A DNA stretch of 62,555 nucleotides, filler included, from Diploschistes diacapsis (lineage: Eukaryota): NCBI GenBank assembly GCA_023645945.1. It is 16 parts of 16 records of this genome, joined end to end, with 100 filler letters (N's around TTAATTAATTAA, not from the genome) between each part and the next. Parts side by side here need not be neighbours in the genome. Positions count along the whole stretch, not along the records: positions 50,233 to 52,620 come from JALAIB010002228.1; positions 52,721 to 55,106 come from JALAIB010002229.1; positions 55,207 to 57,592 come from JALAIB010002230.1; positions 57,693 to 60,076 come from JALAIB010002231.1; positions 60,177 to 62,555 come from JALAIB010002232.1; 11 more parts are not named here. One strand, written 5' to 3'. Below the pieces are notes generated by a model. That model worked only from the letters and a program-made list of their open reading frames with translations, was not told where the DNA came from and searched no databases. A program made the translations under genes and the position numbers. Shown here piece after piece: positions 50,233 to 62,555 of the stretch (position 1 is its first letter; the number at the start of each line of letters is the position of its first letter).

Positions 50233-51719
50233 GAAAGGGAAGAGGGGAAGAAGGGGGAAGGAAAAGGGGAAACGAAAGGGAAAGTGATGGGCATGCAAGA
50301 ATGCAAGTCAAAAGGGCAAAAAAAGGCGCGCCCCAACGTACCACGCCACAGGCCCCCACGACAGATTGTACGCCGCGGCCTCGAGATAAACCATGGCGAT
50401 GCTCGCCGCGCCGGAACTCGAGATCCCCTTGGCTCCCGCGCCCGGCGGGTGCGTCGCCGTCACGCACGCGATGATCAGCATCAGCACCGCCATCGCCGCC
50501 GCGCCGCCCATGAACGCCGTCTTGCGCCCGACCCGATCGATCACGAACGCCACGAACGTCAGCACGGACGCCAGCTTGACCAGCCCGAAGAAGCCCGTCA
50601 CCAGCAGGTTCGCGTCGCCCGCGCCCACGGCCTTGAAGATCTGCGGCGCGTAGTACGCCAGGCTCGTGTTGCCCGTCAGCTGCTGGCACAGCTGCAGCGA
50701 CACCGCGATCGCCAGCCGCCAGCGGTTCGCCGGCAGCCACAGCTCGCGCCACGTCACGCCCTCCGTGGCCCGGATCTCGTTTTCCAGCCCGGCTGTGATC
50801 TCCGCGAGCTCGGCCCGCACGAGCGCCGAGTCCTCGCCGCCGCGGACCCACACGAGCGAGGCGAGCGCTTCGTCGGTGCGTCCGCGCTTCGCGAGCCAGC
50901 GCGCGGATTCTTTGACGAGGAGCATCCCCAGCCCGACGAGGCCGCCGGGGAGGAGCTGGAGGCCGATGGGGATCTGCCATTGGCGGGTGATGGAGGGTTG
51001 GTTAGTCTGTTGGCGGGCGCTTAGCTTCGTTGCTATGTGCGGGGGAGTTTGTGAGAGGAAGAAGAGGTGGGGCAAGAAGTAAATAGGAGACAAGAGAAAG
51101 AGGAAAGAGCGAGGAAGAAAGCGTACCTGCACCCCGTAGTCCACCCAATACGACACGAAAACACCCGCCGCGAAAAACAGCTGGAAAAAGCTCCCCAGCT
51201 TCCCTCTAATCTCCTTTGGACTCATCTCCGCCGCGAAAATGGGCACAATCGTCGTTGCGGCACCAACGCCTAGCCCGCTGATGACCCTCCCAACGTAGAA
51301 GCATGCCAGCGAGTGCGTGTTGATGACCTGCAGTATGGCTCCAATCTCGAAGACCACGGAGGCGGCAACGAGGGACCAGCGCCGTCCGAAGCGAGCGGCG
51401 ATCGGCCAGATGAACCAGCAGCCGAAGAAGGCGCCGCCCTGCAGAACGGAGACGGCGTTGGCGTTGACGGAGGTGGATTGGGCGGAGGTGTAGTGGAAGT
51501 CGCGCTGGAAGGAGGACAGGGTTAGGATGCCGCCGACGATGCCGGTGTCGTAAGCGAAGAGGAAGGAGCTGCGGTGACGTTGTTAGTCTAGGATTGGAGA
51601 GTTTGGGAAGCGTAGTAGTTTTCTTCAATCCGCGGGATAGTGGTGATGATGTTCGCTTACCCTATGCAGCATATAGCGACGAGGTACACGGCGCGAAAGG
51701 TGCCGAGGCGCTTTCCCAT
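50233..51719 (-). CDS. MFS sugar-porter family transporter (quinate permease-like), 3' truncated by the contig end
   Basis: Reads MGKRLG...SFLFAYDTG, FGRR, GRVISGLGVG, AEMSPKEIRG, ESARWL, QQLTG and IDRVGRK, with GT-AG introns. Confidence 0.9.
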
Positions 51720-52309
51720 CTTTGCGGTTTCTCTGGACGATTGGAGGGACGTATAGGAATATCCAGACGGGACGAAGCAGGAGGTAAGATCGAGAAACAT
51801 AAACCGCTACATCAAGTACAAAGATATTGAAAATCCACGAAGTTCCTGGGTGAGAAGGGACGCACACACTCCCGACTGAACGGACGCGGCACAAGCTCTA
51901 TAGAGCCAAACAAACCGAGGAGGAAGTCAGTATGTGAGAGAAGGGTTAGTAGATTGGTTACACGCCATAGTCGGTGGATTCGATGAACATCCCACGGTAA
52001 TTGTTCAAGGCTCCAATGCAAGTGGGTGGGTGGACTAGCTGTCGACTCCGCACCCTGTTATTGCGTGATGGATCGAGCATTAATGGTACATAATGCCACC
52101 AGTTTCCGCTTGCTAGAATGGAATTTGCGGTGCGGGTGGATGCGATTAAGAGTTTGGAGTTGCTTCCCAAGGAAAGTAGGGAGCTGACAATTTACATAAC
52201 ACTATGATAATCGAGACAGTCCTGTTTTAAATGGACCTGAAGTACTTGCTGTAGGAATAAGCGGTCACAAATGGCCCGTTTATCTCAGGAGCAACTACCT
52301 GTGCCGCTC

Positions 52310-52515
52310 TATTATGATCTCTATCTATACAAGGTATACACAAGTAGAGTCAAGGTGGGTTTGGTTTCTGTTAGAAGAGGAGTACAAGCAGGAAAAAAAG
52401 ATAGAACAGTTATAAATCTTAAATTATTTCTAAAAAAAAGGCTCTCTAAAAATAAAAATAACGAATATAAATTAATCCCGAATAATAACTAAAGATATCT
52501 ATAAAAATAAACACG
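52310..52515 (-). mobile_element. Partial copy of the chromovirus LTR at 38749
   Basis: TATTATGATCTCTATCTATACAAGGTATACAC... is near-identical to the sequence from 38749 onward. Confidence 0.8.
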
Positions 52516-52720
52516 TCCCGAATTTATAAAGGCCGTAACAACGTTCCTATATAATTTAAAACGATAGTTAGTTATCGATAACAAAATTATCGTAATAAAA
52601 TTATTATTAATAAATCTCTANNNNNNNNNNNNNNNNNNNNNNNNNNNNNNNNNNNNNNNNNNNNTTAATTAATTAANNNNNNNNNNNNNNNNNNNNNNNN
52701 NNNNNNNNNNNNNNNNNNNN

Positions 52721-55106
52721 GAGTATTCGTTATATTTACTAACGAGTCTATTAACGACGTTTAATAAAGAAAATATTTACGTACCGATCTTAATACAACC
52801 CGATTTATCGACGAGCACGTTTTCGTACGTTAAATTATCGTGGATTATATTTAATTCGTCGTGAATAAATCGAAACCCTTAATAAAGTTACGGCTTTTAA
52901 AACGGTTCTTTTTAAATAGAAAAATACGGACTTATTACTTTATATACGGTTCTTATTTTATTATAATTTAAACTTTTTATTAAAGACGTAATATTTCGTA
53001 AAAAAACGTTTATATATTCGTAAACGAAATAAAGGTCCGTTAAAGATAAATAAACGTCGAGTAAGTTTATAATATTTTAATAAAAAACGTATCGAAAGTC
53101 CCGAACCTCGCTAATTTCGCGTTATCGCCGCTCGATCGCGACGTATAAACGTTCGTATCGACCGCCTTTATAAATGATCGTAAATCTTTTTTTAAATAAC
53201 TTTAATACGTCTATTTACGGCTCCGAGTTACGATAAACGAACTTACGGATTACAACCGTTCCGGATACCGTAAAGAAACCCGATCCTAACTGTACGATAA
53301 ACTTTCGTACTAAAAGAAACGGGTCTCCGACTTCTATAAACACATTCTTTAACTTTTTGATTTAAAATTCATATTCTAATTCATTGAACTGGAACTTATA
53401 CTTATTAATTCTACCGCCGTAGGCCAATTAGGTATATCGTTTCTTTATAAGATCCATCTCTTCGTTACGAATAATAATACATAAGGATTTACGAGGCAAT
53501 CGTAGAATAGAAGTTAAAAAAAAGCGAAAGTACTTTAAAAATAAAGTAAATAAAAATCATATAACGTTTAATAATTCGAAGAATCGCTTCCGCATAATCA
53601 AGCTCGAAAAACTATTATTTCGTCTTTAATTTACATAAAATAGATTTAACACAGATCTTTCGATCATTCCATTTACAAACTTTATAAAATATTTTGATTC
53701 AAGTTCTACCCATTTTTAAAAATTATGGCTTCGCGTCGCTCTCCGTTTCTATCTTATACGCCCCCCGAAATCACGTCGTTAGATCACCGTGCTAATATTT
53801 TTAATATTATTACGTCGATAACGGTTCTACATCCGGTTTATTTTTAAATTATTAAAAGGAACTTAAGAAACGACGCGAAAAAGATTTTTAAATTTATTAA
53901 AGAAAACGGTTCGCTTCGTTATTAATTTATAAGATATCACGAGATTATCGAGGCTTAAAAGAATCTTCACGGCGTAATTATAGAAACCTATAAGCTACTT
54001 AAAGTAATCAAGGATGTCATTCGGGAAAGGCTTTAAAGATTTAATAAAAAATAGGCAGTAATAGACGGGACGTTGTGTAAATACTAGGAAATTGACATTA
54101 AAAATGGCGATGTTCGGGTAGTCTGAATTCTGTTTTTTGGGAACGTTTCTTCCGTTTACTAGCTTTAAAAGAACGTACTAAACATAAGATCTTATAACTA
54201 AACTGCTGGCCATTTGTATGGTTGACTATGAAGTAAGCGAACGGTATAACCCGGGGATTTTACGCCGGTTTCGTCCTTTAAAGTCGTTCAGGGATTACCT
54301 ATTTATTAAACCTAAGTTTAAATTCCGGTATTGACAGAATAAATACGGCGATAAAAAAATTAGATTGATGTCGCCGAAAAGAACGGCCGAGCGTAACTTG
54401 CGTTTAACGTAATTTTTGATATCCGAATCTTTCGATATTAGGCTCGGCAATGCAAAGAACACGATACTAAAATAATATTAAGAATACATTAAGTTCAATC
54501 CTTTAGCCTGCCCGTTTTTAGGTACCGTAGAACGCTTTTAAAAAGCTTCCCGGAACAGGAACTATTGCTGGAAACGTATAATGAAACGGCGAAGTAATCT
54601 CGGGCCATTATAAATAACTAGATCTATGCCATCCTTCAACGCGGTTGAGATCCGATATTTTGGTTTAACAGGTCCTAACTGATGATATCCTCGGCATTAA
54701 TAAAAGAATAGAACCGAGTATTCTTCAAAGAACATTAATAAGATCTTATGTTGTAAGGAAGCCATACTAATCTAATAGAGAGATCAACAAATCAACGTTT
54801 GGGCACGGCGAGGCGAGACCCGGTCTAACGTGATATAAATTGCGATCAGCCGATAAACGTCCTCTTATCTCTATAATCGCGTGTTATTATCTTATAATCC
54901 AGGATACTTTTTCTTTAAGCCTTAACAACGTCCTTGAATGACGGGTATACTACGGATTCGATTATATTTATTTAAGATTTACTACGGATAATTATATTAT
55001 TAAATCTTTCGAATAAGCGAATTAAATAACACGATATTTTCTTTAAGGAATTAAAGAATTCTATAAAACATTTTTAATAAAAAAAAGAAGAAATAAGATT
55101 ATATTT
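52721..55106 (+). repeat. RIP-mutated repeat with decayed ORF(s), family not identified
   Basis: Strong TpA excess. Contains a possible His-Cys-box-like relic near 54860-54925. Confidence 0.45.
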
Positions 55107-55206
55107 NNNNNNNNNNNNNNNNNNNNNNNNNNNNNNNNNNNNNNNNNNNNTTAATTAATTAANNNNNNNNNNNNNNNNNNNNNNNNNNNNNNNNNNNNNN
55201 NNNNNN

Positions 55207-56294
55207 GTTTAGGGGCGGGGGCTGCAGAGAGAAGTGATGGTGGTATAGGGCTGTGAGGTCGGCGAGGGAGCGATGTAGCACGCCTGGTCTGAGAGGCGTC
55301 TACGGCTGTCAGTTGTAATGTACTATGGGTGAGTTATGGGCTGCGTACTTTGTTCTCGAGAGCAACGACCCAGCGGACCGGTAGCCTCCAGTGCATTTCG
55401 TCGGGTATCAGGCGGAAGGGGCGGATGAAAGGCACTTCTTCCGTGGTCGACCATCTATATAGTACGCATGAGCAATAGGTAAGCTCGCATACGGGTCGCT
55501 ATCGCCTACCGATACATGTCTCCCAGCGAGATCGGCATCCGCAGCAACATCATCCCCATGTAACACAACGCCAACGAATCCACAAGCGACGGATACGCCC
55601 GTTCGCTCTTACGCTTTCCCCTGCGCTCTCCCTCCTCATCGTACGTCTCTCCGGCAGTCGCATCCTCGGTCTCCGCTCGGGAGCTGTACATCCTCGGCTC
55701 CCCCTCGCTAGCACTGCCCCCCGTTTCGTCATCAGTCACGTCTGGCTGGCTTGCAACGAATTTCCCTTGGATCAGGGGTAGGCGCAGAGCCCACAAGTCC
55801 TTGACGATGGCTTCGAGTTCCTCGGGAAGACCTTTGTCCTTGACTAGAGCCCAGCATTGGTGCCTGAGGAGTAGCTGGTAGCAAGAAAGATAGAGGTGGA
55901 GGCCTTGCAGCCCGGTGAGGACTGGTTGGAGGTCAGCAGTGAAAGAAGCGATTCGGGACAAGCCAATAGCAACATTATGGCAAGGACCATGGGGGATCGA
56001 CTCGCATAACTACATACCTCGCTTGACCTTCTCTTTGGGCTCCTTTTTTGTTTTTGTGGATTGACTGAATCGCGTCGGAAGTTCTTCTCCCTGAGTTTGT
56101 TGGCCCTGGAGTGAAGCATTAGTATCTTGGGAATTGGATGCATTTGGCAGGATTCTCACCTCATATTGCTGATGTCCGTACCTACAGAACTTTAGACCGT
56201 CTTGAATATAGAAGTAGCGAGTGCGACAGTTTTCGGTTTCACATCGATTGTCTGCTTTATAAAATTCTGGGCGGCGCTCATCCGGGTCGTCCAT
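55207..56294 (-). CDS. RRN7: RNA polymerase I initiation factor Rrn7 (TAF1B), 5' part
   Basis: N-terminal Zn ribbon C..ENC.....DGLKFCRYGH, then LYLSCYQLLLRHQ, ELEAIVKDLW.LRL and P.LVDSLALCYMG..LLRMP. Confidence 0.85.
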
Positions 56295-56914
56295 ATCCTA
56301 TGTTTTTGTCTAGACTCCAATATTTCTCGGACGTACCCTTACTTCTAATTGAGCGTGGAGTCATTACGAAAAGGTAGTGGATTTCCATGTATAGACGTCG
56401 GTGTAGTATCTGGCAGGAGCTCCAAGCCTACATAAATATAAATGAAAGCAGAGTAAAGTATGGCTCACCATCTCTATACCTCAATTACAGAAATATGTAT
56501 GGCTGTGGAAAAGTTGCTATTCCTTGGATTTCCGCAGAGGTGTTTAGACTTGCCCTCCTGATACGAAGTGAAAGCTATGAAGTCTGATGAAAGTGTTGAG
56601 ATAGGAGCCGAGCATTACTACAAGTACCATCAAATAAGATATGCACAAGGACCAGGCTTGAAATTGCGTACTCATTCATAGAAGCGCCCTGATTCAACCA
56701 TGCTTGTAGTTCCTAAGCCTCAATGTGGTATCATTACACTACCTGAAGCCAGTCCCCATATTCCTCGTACGTGTGTAAACGTAGACTTATGTGATCGTCC
56801 CCATCATAATAGCTTTCACATAACAACTGAGCACATCCAGACCCTCGACAGCAAAATGCTGATCTGATAAGGTCTTGCGTACGGAAAGGGACACTGTAAT
56901 AGAGTATAGTGGAT

Positions 56915-57478
56915 TTAAGAACCACGAGGAGCTTCCTTCGCATCAATGGCGGTCTCTTCGCCCATGGAGGTAAGAACGATGACATCTACACACATTAGCT
57001 TCAAGACATTGTTGCCGCTTCCGCGTAACCTACTGGTATCCTTCTCCTCAGTGCGAAAAAGCTTCTCAATCTTCTCGCCAACTTCGCCATCGGGAAGCTT
57101 GACATCATCCTTGGTGGAGCCGTCGTCACCCATAAGGGAAAGGAAACCGTCGTCGGTGATGTCAAGCTACAGCAAGTTAGACAAACAATGAGACACTTGA
57201 GGCAGACTTACAAGCTGCATTTCCTTGCGGGACACGTTGGGGACGTCCATGTTGTGGGTGGAAGGGCACAGTTCTTCTAGCTTCTTGCCGGTGAAGATAT
57301 CCAAAGCAACAAGATGGACCTTGGCGTGGCCGTGCTTTCCGGTCTTGGAGGTGGACATGTCAACGATCTTACAGGGGCGGTTCTTGATCACAACGAAACC
57401 ATTCTTGCGGAGAGCGGAACATTGCATGGGGAAGGTCGCAGAAGCACCAGCATCCGCGCTCTCAAAGGTGTGTTCATG
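56915..57478 (-). CDS. HYP2: Translation factor eIF-5A (first exon lies beyond the contig end)
   Basis: Hypusine motif [12 protein letters not shown], plus [10 protein letters not shown]. Introns are visible. Confidence 0.96.
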
Positions 57479-58246
57479 CTGTTGTACGCCATGATCAGTA
57501 TATATACGCTCGCAAGCGATTTGCGTGCGCCTGCCCCTGCGCCGGCGAGTTCGCGCATAAACCATAGGCCATAGACTAGGATGGTGGGGGAANNNNNNNN
57601 NNNNNNNNNNNNNNNNNNNNNNNNNNNNNNNNNNNNTTAATTAATTAANNNNNNNNNNNNNNNNNNNNNNNNNNNNNNNNNNNNNNNNNNNNATGTAATA
57701 TTTATAAGAATTGGTTTAATTTAAGGATACTATAATTTGTATATATATGCTTAATAAACTTGAGTGTATTAAATATAGGGCCCATTCCGCCATACTAACA
57801 TCTTACGCCGCACGCTAAAATAAATGACCACAAATATTTCGGTCAGAATAACTGCACCCGAATAACCCGGAAAACTATTCGCTAATGTATTACACCATCA
57901 TATGACGCACTATCAGATAACGTATCCGCGTGAAATGTTACAAGATTGCCAAGCCTATATTAAATTAACTTTCTTCGTACGGCATCTCTTTGAATCATGG
58001 CGTTTTCTATGGGCACCACAAAGCAAAAACCACTTATTCATGCAAGTGATCTGGCAGGTCTTGGCTCATAAAAATGCCAAGTCCAAAGTGCAAGCATCTA
58101 TGTGGAGACCATTGAAAGCCTGTGCATAGCACTAATCAAAAGACTAAAGTTTGCGAATATAGCGTATGGACAAAGGTATTGGTGGATTTTTTTTAAAAGA
58201 ATTGCAGTGCTTGCCTTAGTAGCACAACTTTGAGCTCATAGAGGAA

Positions 58247-59473
58247 CTATGCTGATAACAAGGAGGAGACACGCTCAACATCCTCCACCAGACCTTGTAC
58301 GCGATGATTCCATGTTTCCAGTGTTCGTGCCATCGAGGAGAACCCAGTTTGACCTGTTCCATTGGCGGCGCCTAGATCCCCAAAGAAGATTATGCCTTGA
58401 ATCTGGTCTATGCTCCCTACCAAGCGCCTCTGCTCGAGCATTTGAGCTGCGTATTGCTCTGCCTTCTCCGGATCTAGGTTGAGGAGAAGTCCGAGTTCAT
58501 CAATACTCAAGTTACTGTATAGCTTTGAGGCTCCAAATAAATTATGCTCGATCACTGCCTTCGCCAACACAGTTGAACCGTCTGAGGTGTGGGCCAATTG
58601 ATGGGGCTCTAATTTCTTAGCAAAATCCTGGACCTCGACAGGGGAAATCAGGCGGTCCAGGAACATCTTTTCTAGCATTGCGAACTCGCCAAGCTGGGCA
58701 GCCCGCTCATCTTTGTAGAATTTACTTAGAGTTCGAGACCTTTGAGGCCCGGCAGGCGCTAGAACAGCACAAATGATAGCCTTGGACATGGCCATACTCC
58801 TCTCTTCATCTGCCACGGCTGGCGACAAGCTGACGGCATGGTATGCCTGACTAGAATCGAGGAATTTACGCCTGGAATCGAGGATTCTCGCCTGGCACAG
58901 CTGGAAACTTAAGTTCAATTCTTGATCCTGGAATTTGTACAGCAGAGTCTTCACTCTGTTCAAGTAGTTCTCGGCACTAGCTGTGTCGTCCTCTTCGAGA
59001 TACAGCCTGCATATTCGAATCCAGTAATTAATCTTCTCTTTTTCTGAGAATTTTCGCTGCGAGGTATCGAGGCAAATCCCCTGCAGAGCCTTCGCAGCCT
59101 GAATAAACTCTCCTTGCTCTTGATATGCGTCAGCCAAAACCTGCCTGAGCAAGATGTCCTGATCCTCGAAAGACGCAACCCTAGGTTCCAGACTCTGTAG
59201 AGCATATCTTCCACACTCGATTCTAATGGATGGATCAGAGAGCTGTTTGATAGCTCTAACGCAATTGCTTAATAATGGTCTTGCAGCAACAATGCCGACA
59301 GTCTCTCCGAGAATAGAGTCAATAAACTCGGCAAAATTGGGCGCCAGATGTTGTGGTTGCGACTTGAATACTATATGTTTCAACAGGTCCTCATAGCCCA
59401 GTAACTTGGTGTCTTGTGTGTCCGAGGAGCCCTGAAGTCTGGTAATGTAATCAATCACAGTACGGTCTGCCAT
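58247..59473 (-). CDS. CSN4: COP9 signalosome subunit 4
   Basis: 408-aa PCI protein with RVASFEDQ, RLYLEEDD, LAPAGPQRSR.L, DGSTVL.KAVIEHNL and IDQI motifs. Confidence 0.93.
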   Translation of the reverse strand: MADRTVIDYITRLQGSSDTQDTKLLGYEDLLKHIVFKSQPQHLAPNFAEFIDSILGETVGIVAARPLLSNCVRAIKQLSDPSIRIECGRYALQSLEPRVASFEDQDILLRQVLADAYQEQGEFIQAAKALQGICLDTSQRKFSEKEKINYWIRICRLYLEEDDTASAENYLNRVKTLLYKFQDQELNLSFQLCQARILDSRRKFLDSSQAYHAVSLSPAVADEERSMAMSKAIICAVLAPAGPQRSRTLSKFYKDERAAQLGEFAMLEKMFLDRLISPVEVQDFAKKLEPHQLAHTSDGSTVLAKAVIEHNLFGASKLYSNLSIDELGLLLNLDPEKAEQYAAQMLEQRRLVGSIDQIQGIIFFGDLGAANGTGQTGFSSMARTLETWNHRVQGLVEDVERVSSLLSA

Positions 59474-59778
59474 TTTCTGACACGTCAGTTTTCAGGAATA
59501 TTATTATTGAGCAATATATAGCTGTGGTCGGTAACACGGTGGTTGAGAAGTTTAATTATTGATAAATAGCACGTAATACGCCGTGCACTACCGATGTGAT
59601 GTGATTGCATAATGTATTCAAATTACACTGTACGTAAACTAAACAATGTAAATAAAATGGCTACTATCAAGTTTTTGAGATGTTTCTAAAACGCAATCAC
59701 ATCCTGCCCTATTCAACTTTAGGCGACTCCATCACCATTTTCTTGGTATGAATTTTCCCATCTGTAACGCTTTATTTA

Positions 59779-60076
59779 ACGTGTTTGACGGTCAGCTCGG
59801 CCACCCCCAAAGCTCGGCCACTTTTGCCAAGAAATATTTTAAATCTTTAATAACTCTTCACATTTAATCGTTATTTTTGATTTTATTTCGAAATATTACT
59901 ATCAGGTCGCTCATCTATCATACTCGAAAAGTGCACATTATTTATGTTAACAGTTATTTTTTTTAAAGCGAATTAAAAATACCGACTCGAAAACACGTAT
60001 TATTTTATCTTTTAAAATCGCTTATAAAGCAGTTAAGAATATGTTTTTCAAATATATCATTATAAGCAGTTTTATG
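59779..60076 (+). mobile_element. Fot1/pogo-like transposon end
   Basis: TA|ACGTGTTTGACGGTC with AGCTCGGCCAC x2, followed by an abrupt switch to AT-rich sequence. Confidence 0.6.
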
Positions 60077-60185
60077 NNNNNNNNNNNNNNNNNNNNNNNN
60101 NNNNNNNNNNNNNNNNNNNNTTAATTAATTAANNNNNNNNNNNNNNNNNNNNNNNNNNNNNNNNNNNNNNNNNNNNCATCCTCTC

Positions 60186-61795
60186 TCACTCCGCCAAAAA
60201 GTCGGCCATCTCGAACCGCAACCCCTTCGCAACCTGCTGCACAAACTCCCAGCCCACGTTGACCCTCCACCTGCCCGCCTCCCCCAGCGCATCTCCTGCC
60301 GCTCCCGCGCTGCCGCCACCGCTCTTGACCACCATCCTCAGCGCCCCCAGGCTCGCCACCTGCGTCAGCACGTCCGCCGCCCCGCCCGGCGCCCCGTCCG
60401 GCACGATGGCGTGGAACACGGCGAGCCAGCGCTCGAGCCCGAACGGCTGCGGGCCCAGCAGGCGGCGGGAGAGCTTGCGGTATTTGGCGGGGCGGCCACG
60501 TGCGGTCGTGCTCGGCGTGCCTGTTGCGTTGTTCTTGTTGTTGTTGTTGTTGGTGGTGGCGGCGGCGGCGGAAGCGGAGGTGTTTTTCTTCCTGCGCCGC
60601 TTCCTGGCGCGCTCGGACGACTTGCTGAAGAAGGTCTGGTCGGTTCGCGGTGGGTTGTGCGAGGCCAGATACGCGGCCAGCAGGAGGTAGCGGGTGTAGT
60701 AGGATAGTTCCATGGAGGGGGGGGCCGGGCGCTGTTTTTGGGCGGTCGTGGTGGAAGGGGTGGCAGAGGAGAGCGGTGTTGAAGCAGGAGCGCTGGCTGG
60801 TGCGGGGGCGAGGAGGCTGCTGACCAGGACGTCCTCGCCCTGAAAGAGCGCGCGTGTGCGCACCATGAGCCTCGAAAAGTCCCGCGTGCCGTAGGTCCCG
60901 TCGCGGATGTGCGAGACGAAGGGTAGCCAGAGCTTCGCGCATACGCCGCGGAACGTGACCACGTCCCGGGCGGCGGTTTTTCCGAGCGAGTCCCATACGG
61001 CGCCGGTGAAGCGGCTCCAGAGCCAGGTATTGTCTTCCTCTGTCTCAAGCAGGCGTTGGGGTGCCATGGCGGCTACTTGCTCGGCGGAGAATATGGAGGG
61101 CGTGCCGAGGGCGACGATGGCGAGGCTCTCGTTGCGGGTGTAGGGGGGGAAGTGGACGTGTGGGGTGCCTGGTGCAGAAAGGGAGCCATGGCGGGGGTAG
61201 GCGATGATCGGGAGGACAGTGAGGGAGGGTATCTAAAACTCTTCCATCAGCTTAGGGAGCATGATAAACTCGAGTCGACATCTTGGACTTACAATCTCCC
61301 CGAGTCGAGCCAGAGCAGGGAGGAGGGTGGGGGGTGCCTCGCGCTGCTTGTCAACGCCATCGAAGACGAGGACGAACTTCTTTGTATGCGCAAGTAGACG
61401 GCTCAGAATTACAGATAAGCTGCTAAGGCTCTCGCAGCGACCGTCGATATCGTTGAAGGCAATTAAGCCGCCCTTTTCAACTTCATGCTTGCAGGCGAGC
61501 ACAGTCCGCTCCAAGAGATGACGACCAGTTATACATTCGCGCGAGCGAATAATGGCGTGCGGTATGTTGAGGCCATTTAGGACCTCGGACACTGTCAAGC
61601 TCTTGCCTGTTGCCTTTGTGCCGTGGACAACGAGTGCTGGCGGGCTGGGGATTTCGGGCTATGTTTTATCAGTTACGGCATCCTGACGTTTCATGTAGAT
61701 GTGCCTACGTCGAGTATGCTGGTGAGCTGTTGAATATGTCTTTCACGAGATAGTATGCGCCCTTGAAGATAGAGGAGCAGATGCTCTGGTGGCAT
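60186..61795 (-). CDS. ORC5: Origin recognition complex subunit 5, 3 exons
   Basis: Walker A-like HGTKATGKS, ECITGRHLLE, FVLVFDGVD, HFPPY, YLLLAAYLASHNPPRTD and F.LERWLAVF. Confidence 0.92.
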
Positions 61796-62555
61796 TCTAG
61801 GCCATTGACAAGGCACAAAACTCGTCTATAAAGGGTGGTGGGGATAACTCAGTGAAAGTAAAGTGCGCTAATTACTAACTAGCATGTATTAGGATCGCAT
61901 CTTCAAGACTTTCGTGGCATAACCCCTATTACCCCGTCAGGCAATGTCAACAATTTGGCCATGTAGTCAGTACAAAGGATTTACGGAATGCTGAAGATCG
62001 TGTCTTAATCAAAAGCGGCATGGTGGAGCAGCCGAAGCCAACAGTGTCTGTTTCTAATTACTCGTACTTCGCTGCTGTGTCGTGATAGCTAACCGTTGAT
62101 ATAAACTGAAAATGCATGTAGGGTAAGGCAGGAGAAGGGAGTGAGCATACTCCACTCTCTGCGTTTAGTGTCGAAGATTCTCTTCCTGATAGCTCGTCTA
62201 GCCTCTCCTCTTTTGCTTGCGCTTTCCCTTTCTCTTTCTTGCAATTTTTCATTTGGTTTTCCTCTGTTCTCGTATCGTTCGCTTCTTTGATCAAGGTTAA
62301 TCAAAAAAAAACCAAGTTTCTCCTTACGGTCGGTCATCCCATTTCAACACCCAAATCTAACCGTTTCGAAGCATCTCCACCGCAAGACGTCGACCGAACC
62401 TTCTACTCCAGAGCCCTACGCCGACGCCGACGACCACGCAGCCACCGACGCCGGCATCGTCGCCCCTGCCGGAGTCCTACTCGAAGCAGAACGGCCTCCC
62501 AATGGGCGTCGAGATCCTCTGCGCCGCCGACGCCACCCCTCCCCCGCGCTGGAGC

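Noticed and set aside
50177..51082. Long alternative-frame and antisense ORFs over the MFS gene (likewise over ORC5 and the kinase)
   Set aside because: Expected shadow ORFs of very GC-rich coding sequence.
62477..62555. Probable 3' end of a minus-strand gene (...AAQRISTPIGRPFCFE*)
   Set aside because: Too short to identify and cut by the window end.

Overview
This window is not contiguous. It is 16 contigs of a filamentous ascomycete (Pezizomycotina) draft assembly, joined by an artificial 100-nt spacer (N44-TTAATTAATTAA-N44). Fifteen contigs are about 2.4 kb and one (5050-30122) is 25 kb. The AT-rich contigs are transposon relics mutated in the RIP pattern (CpA>TpA): Ty1/copia, Ty3/gypsy including a chromovirus, Fot1/pogo-like ends, and a hAT-type MITE with an intact 8-bp TSD, often nested several layers deep. 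The gene contigs carry housekeeping genes: ALO1, a Prx5-type peroxiredoxin, TRM8, an MFS sugar transporter, RRN7, eIF5A, CSN4 and ORC5. Four observations stand out. (1) A mobile element at two independent insertion sites carries a decayed PhyH-like 2OG-Fe(II) dioxygenase gene. (2) A co-oriented array of about 7 highly diverged small paralogues, plus one distant copy, mostly share an ATG-only first exon and a P-x-E...LLKAG-x-YY motif. (3) A GC-rich island holds two kinase pseudogenes and one intact hypothetical gene. (4) A chromovirus 3' region has an antisense Cys-cluster/coiled-coil ORF. All family assignments come from manual translation and motif recognition; no database search was run.
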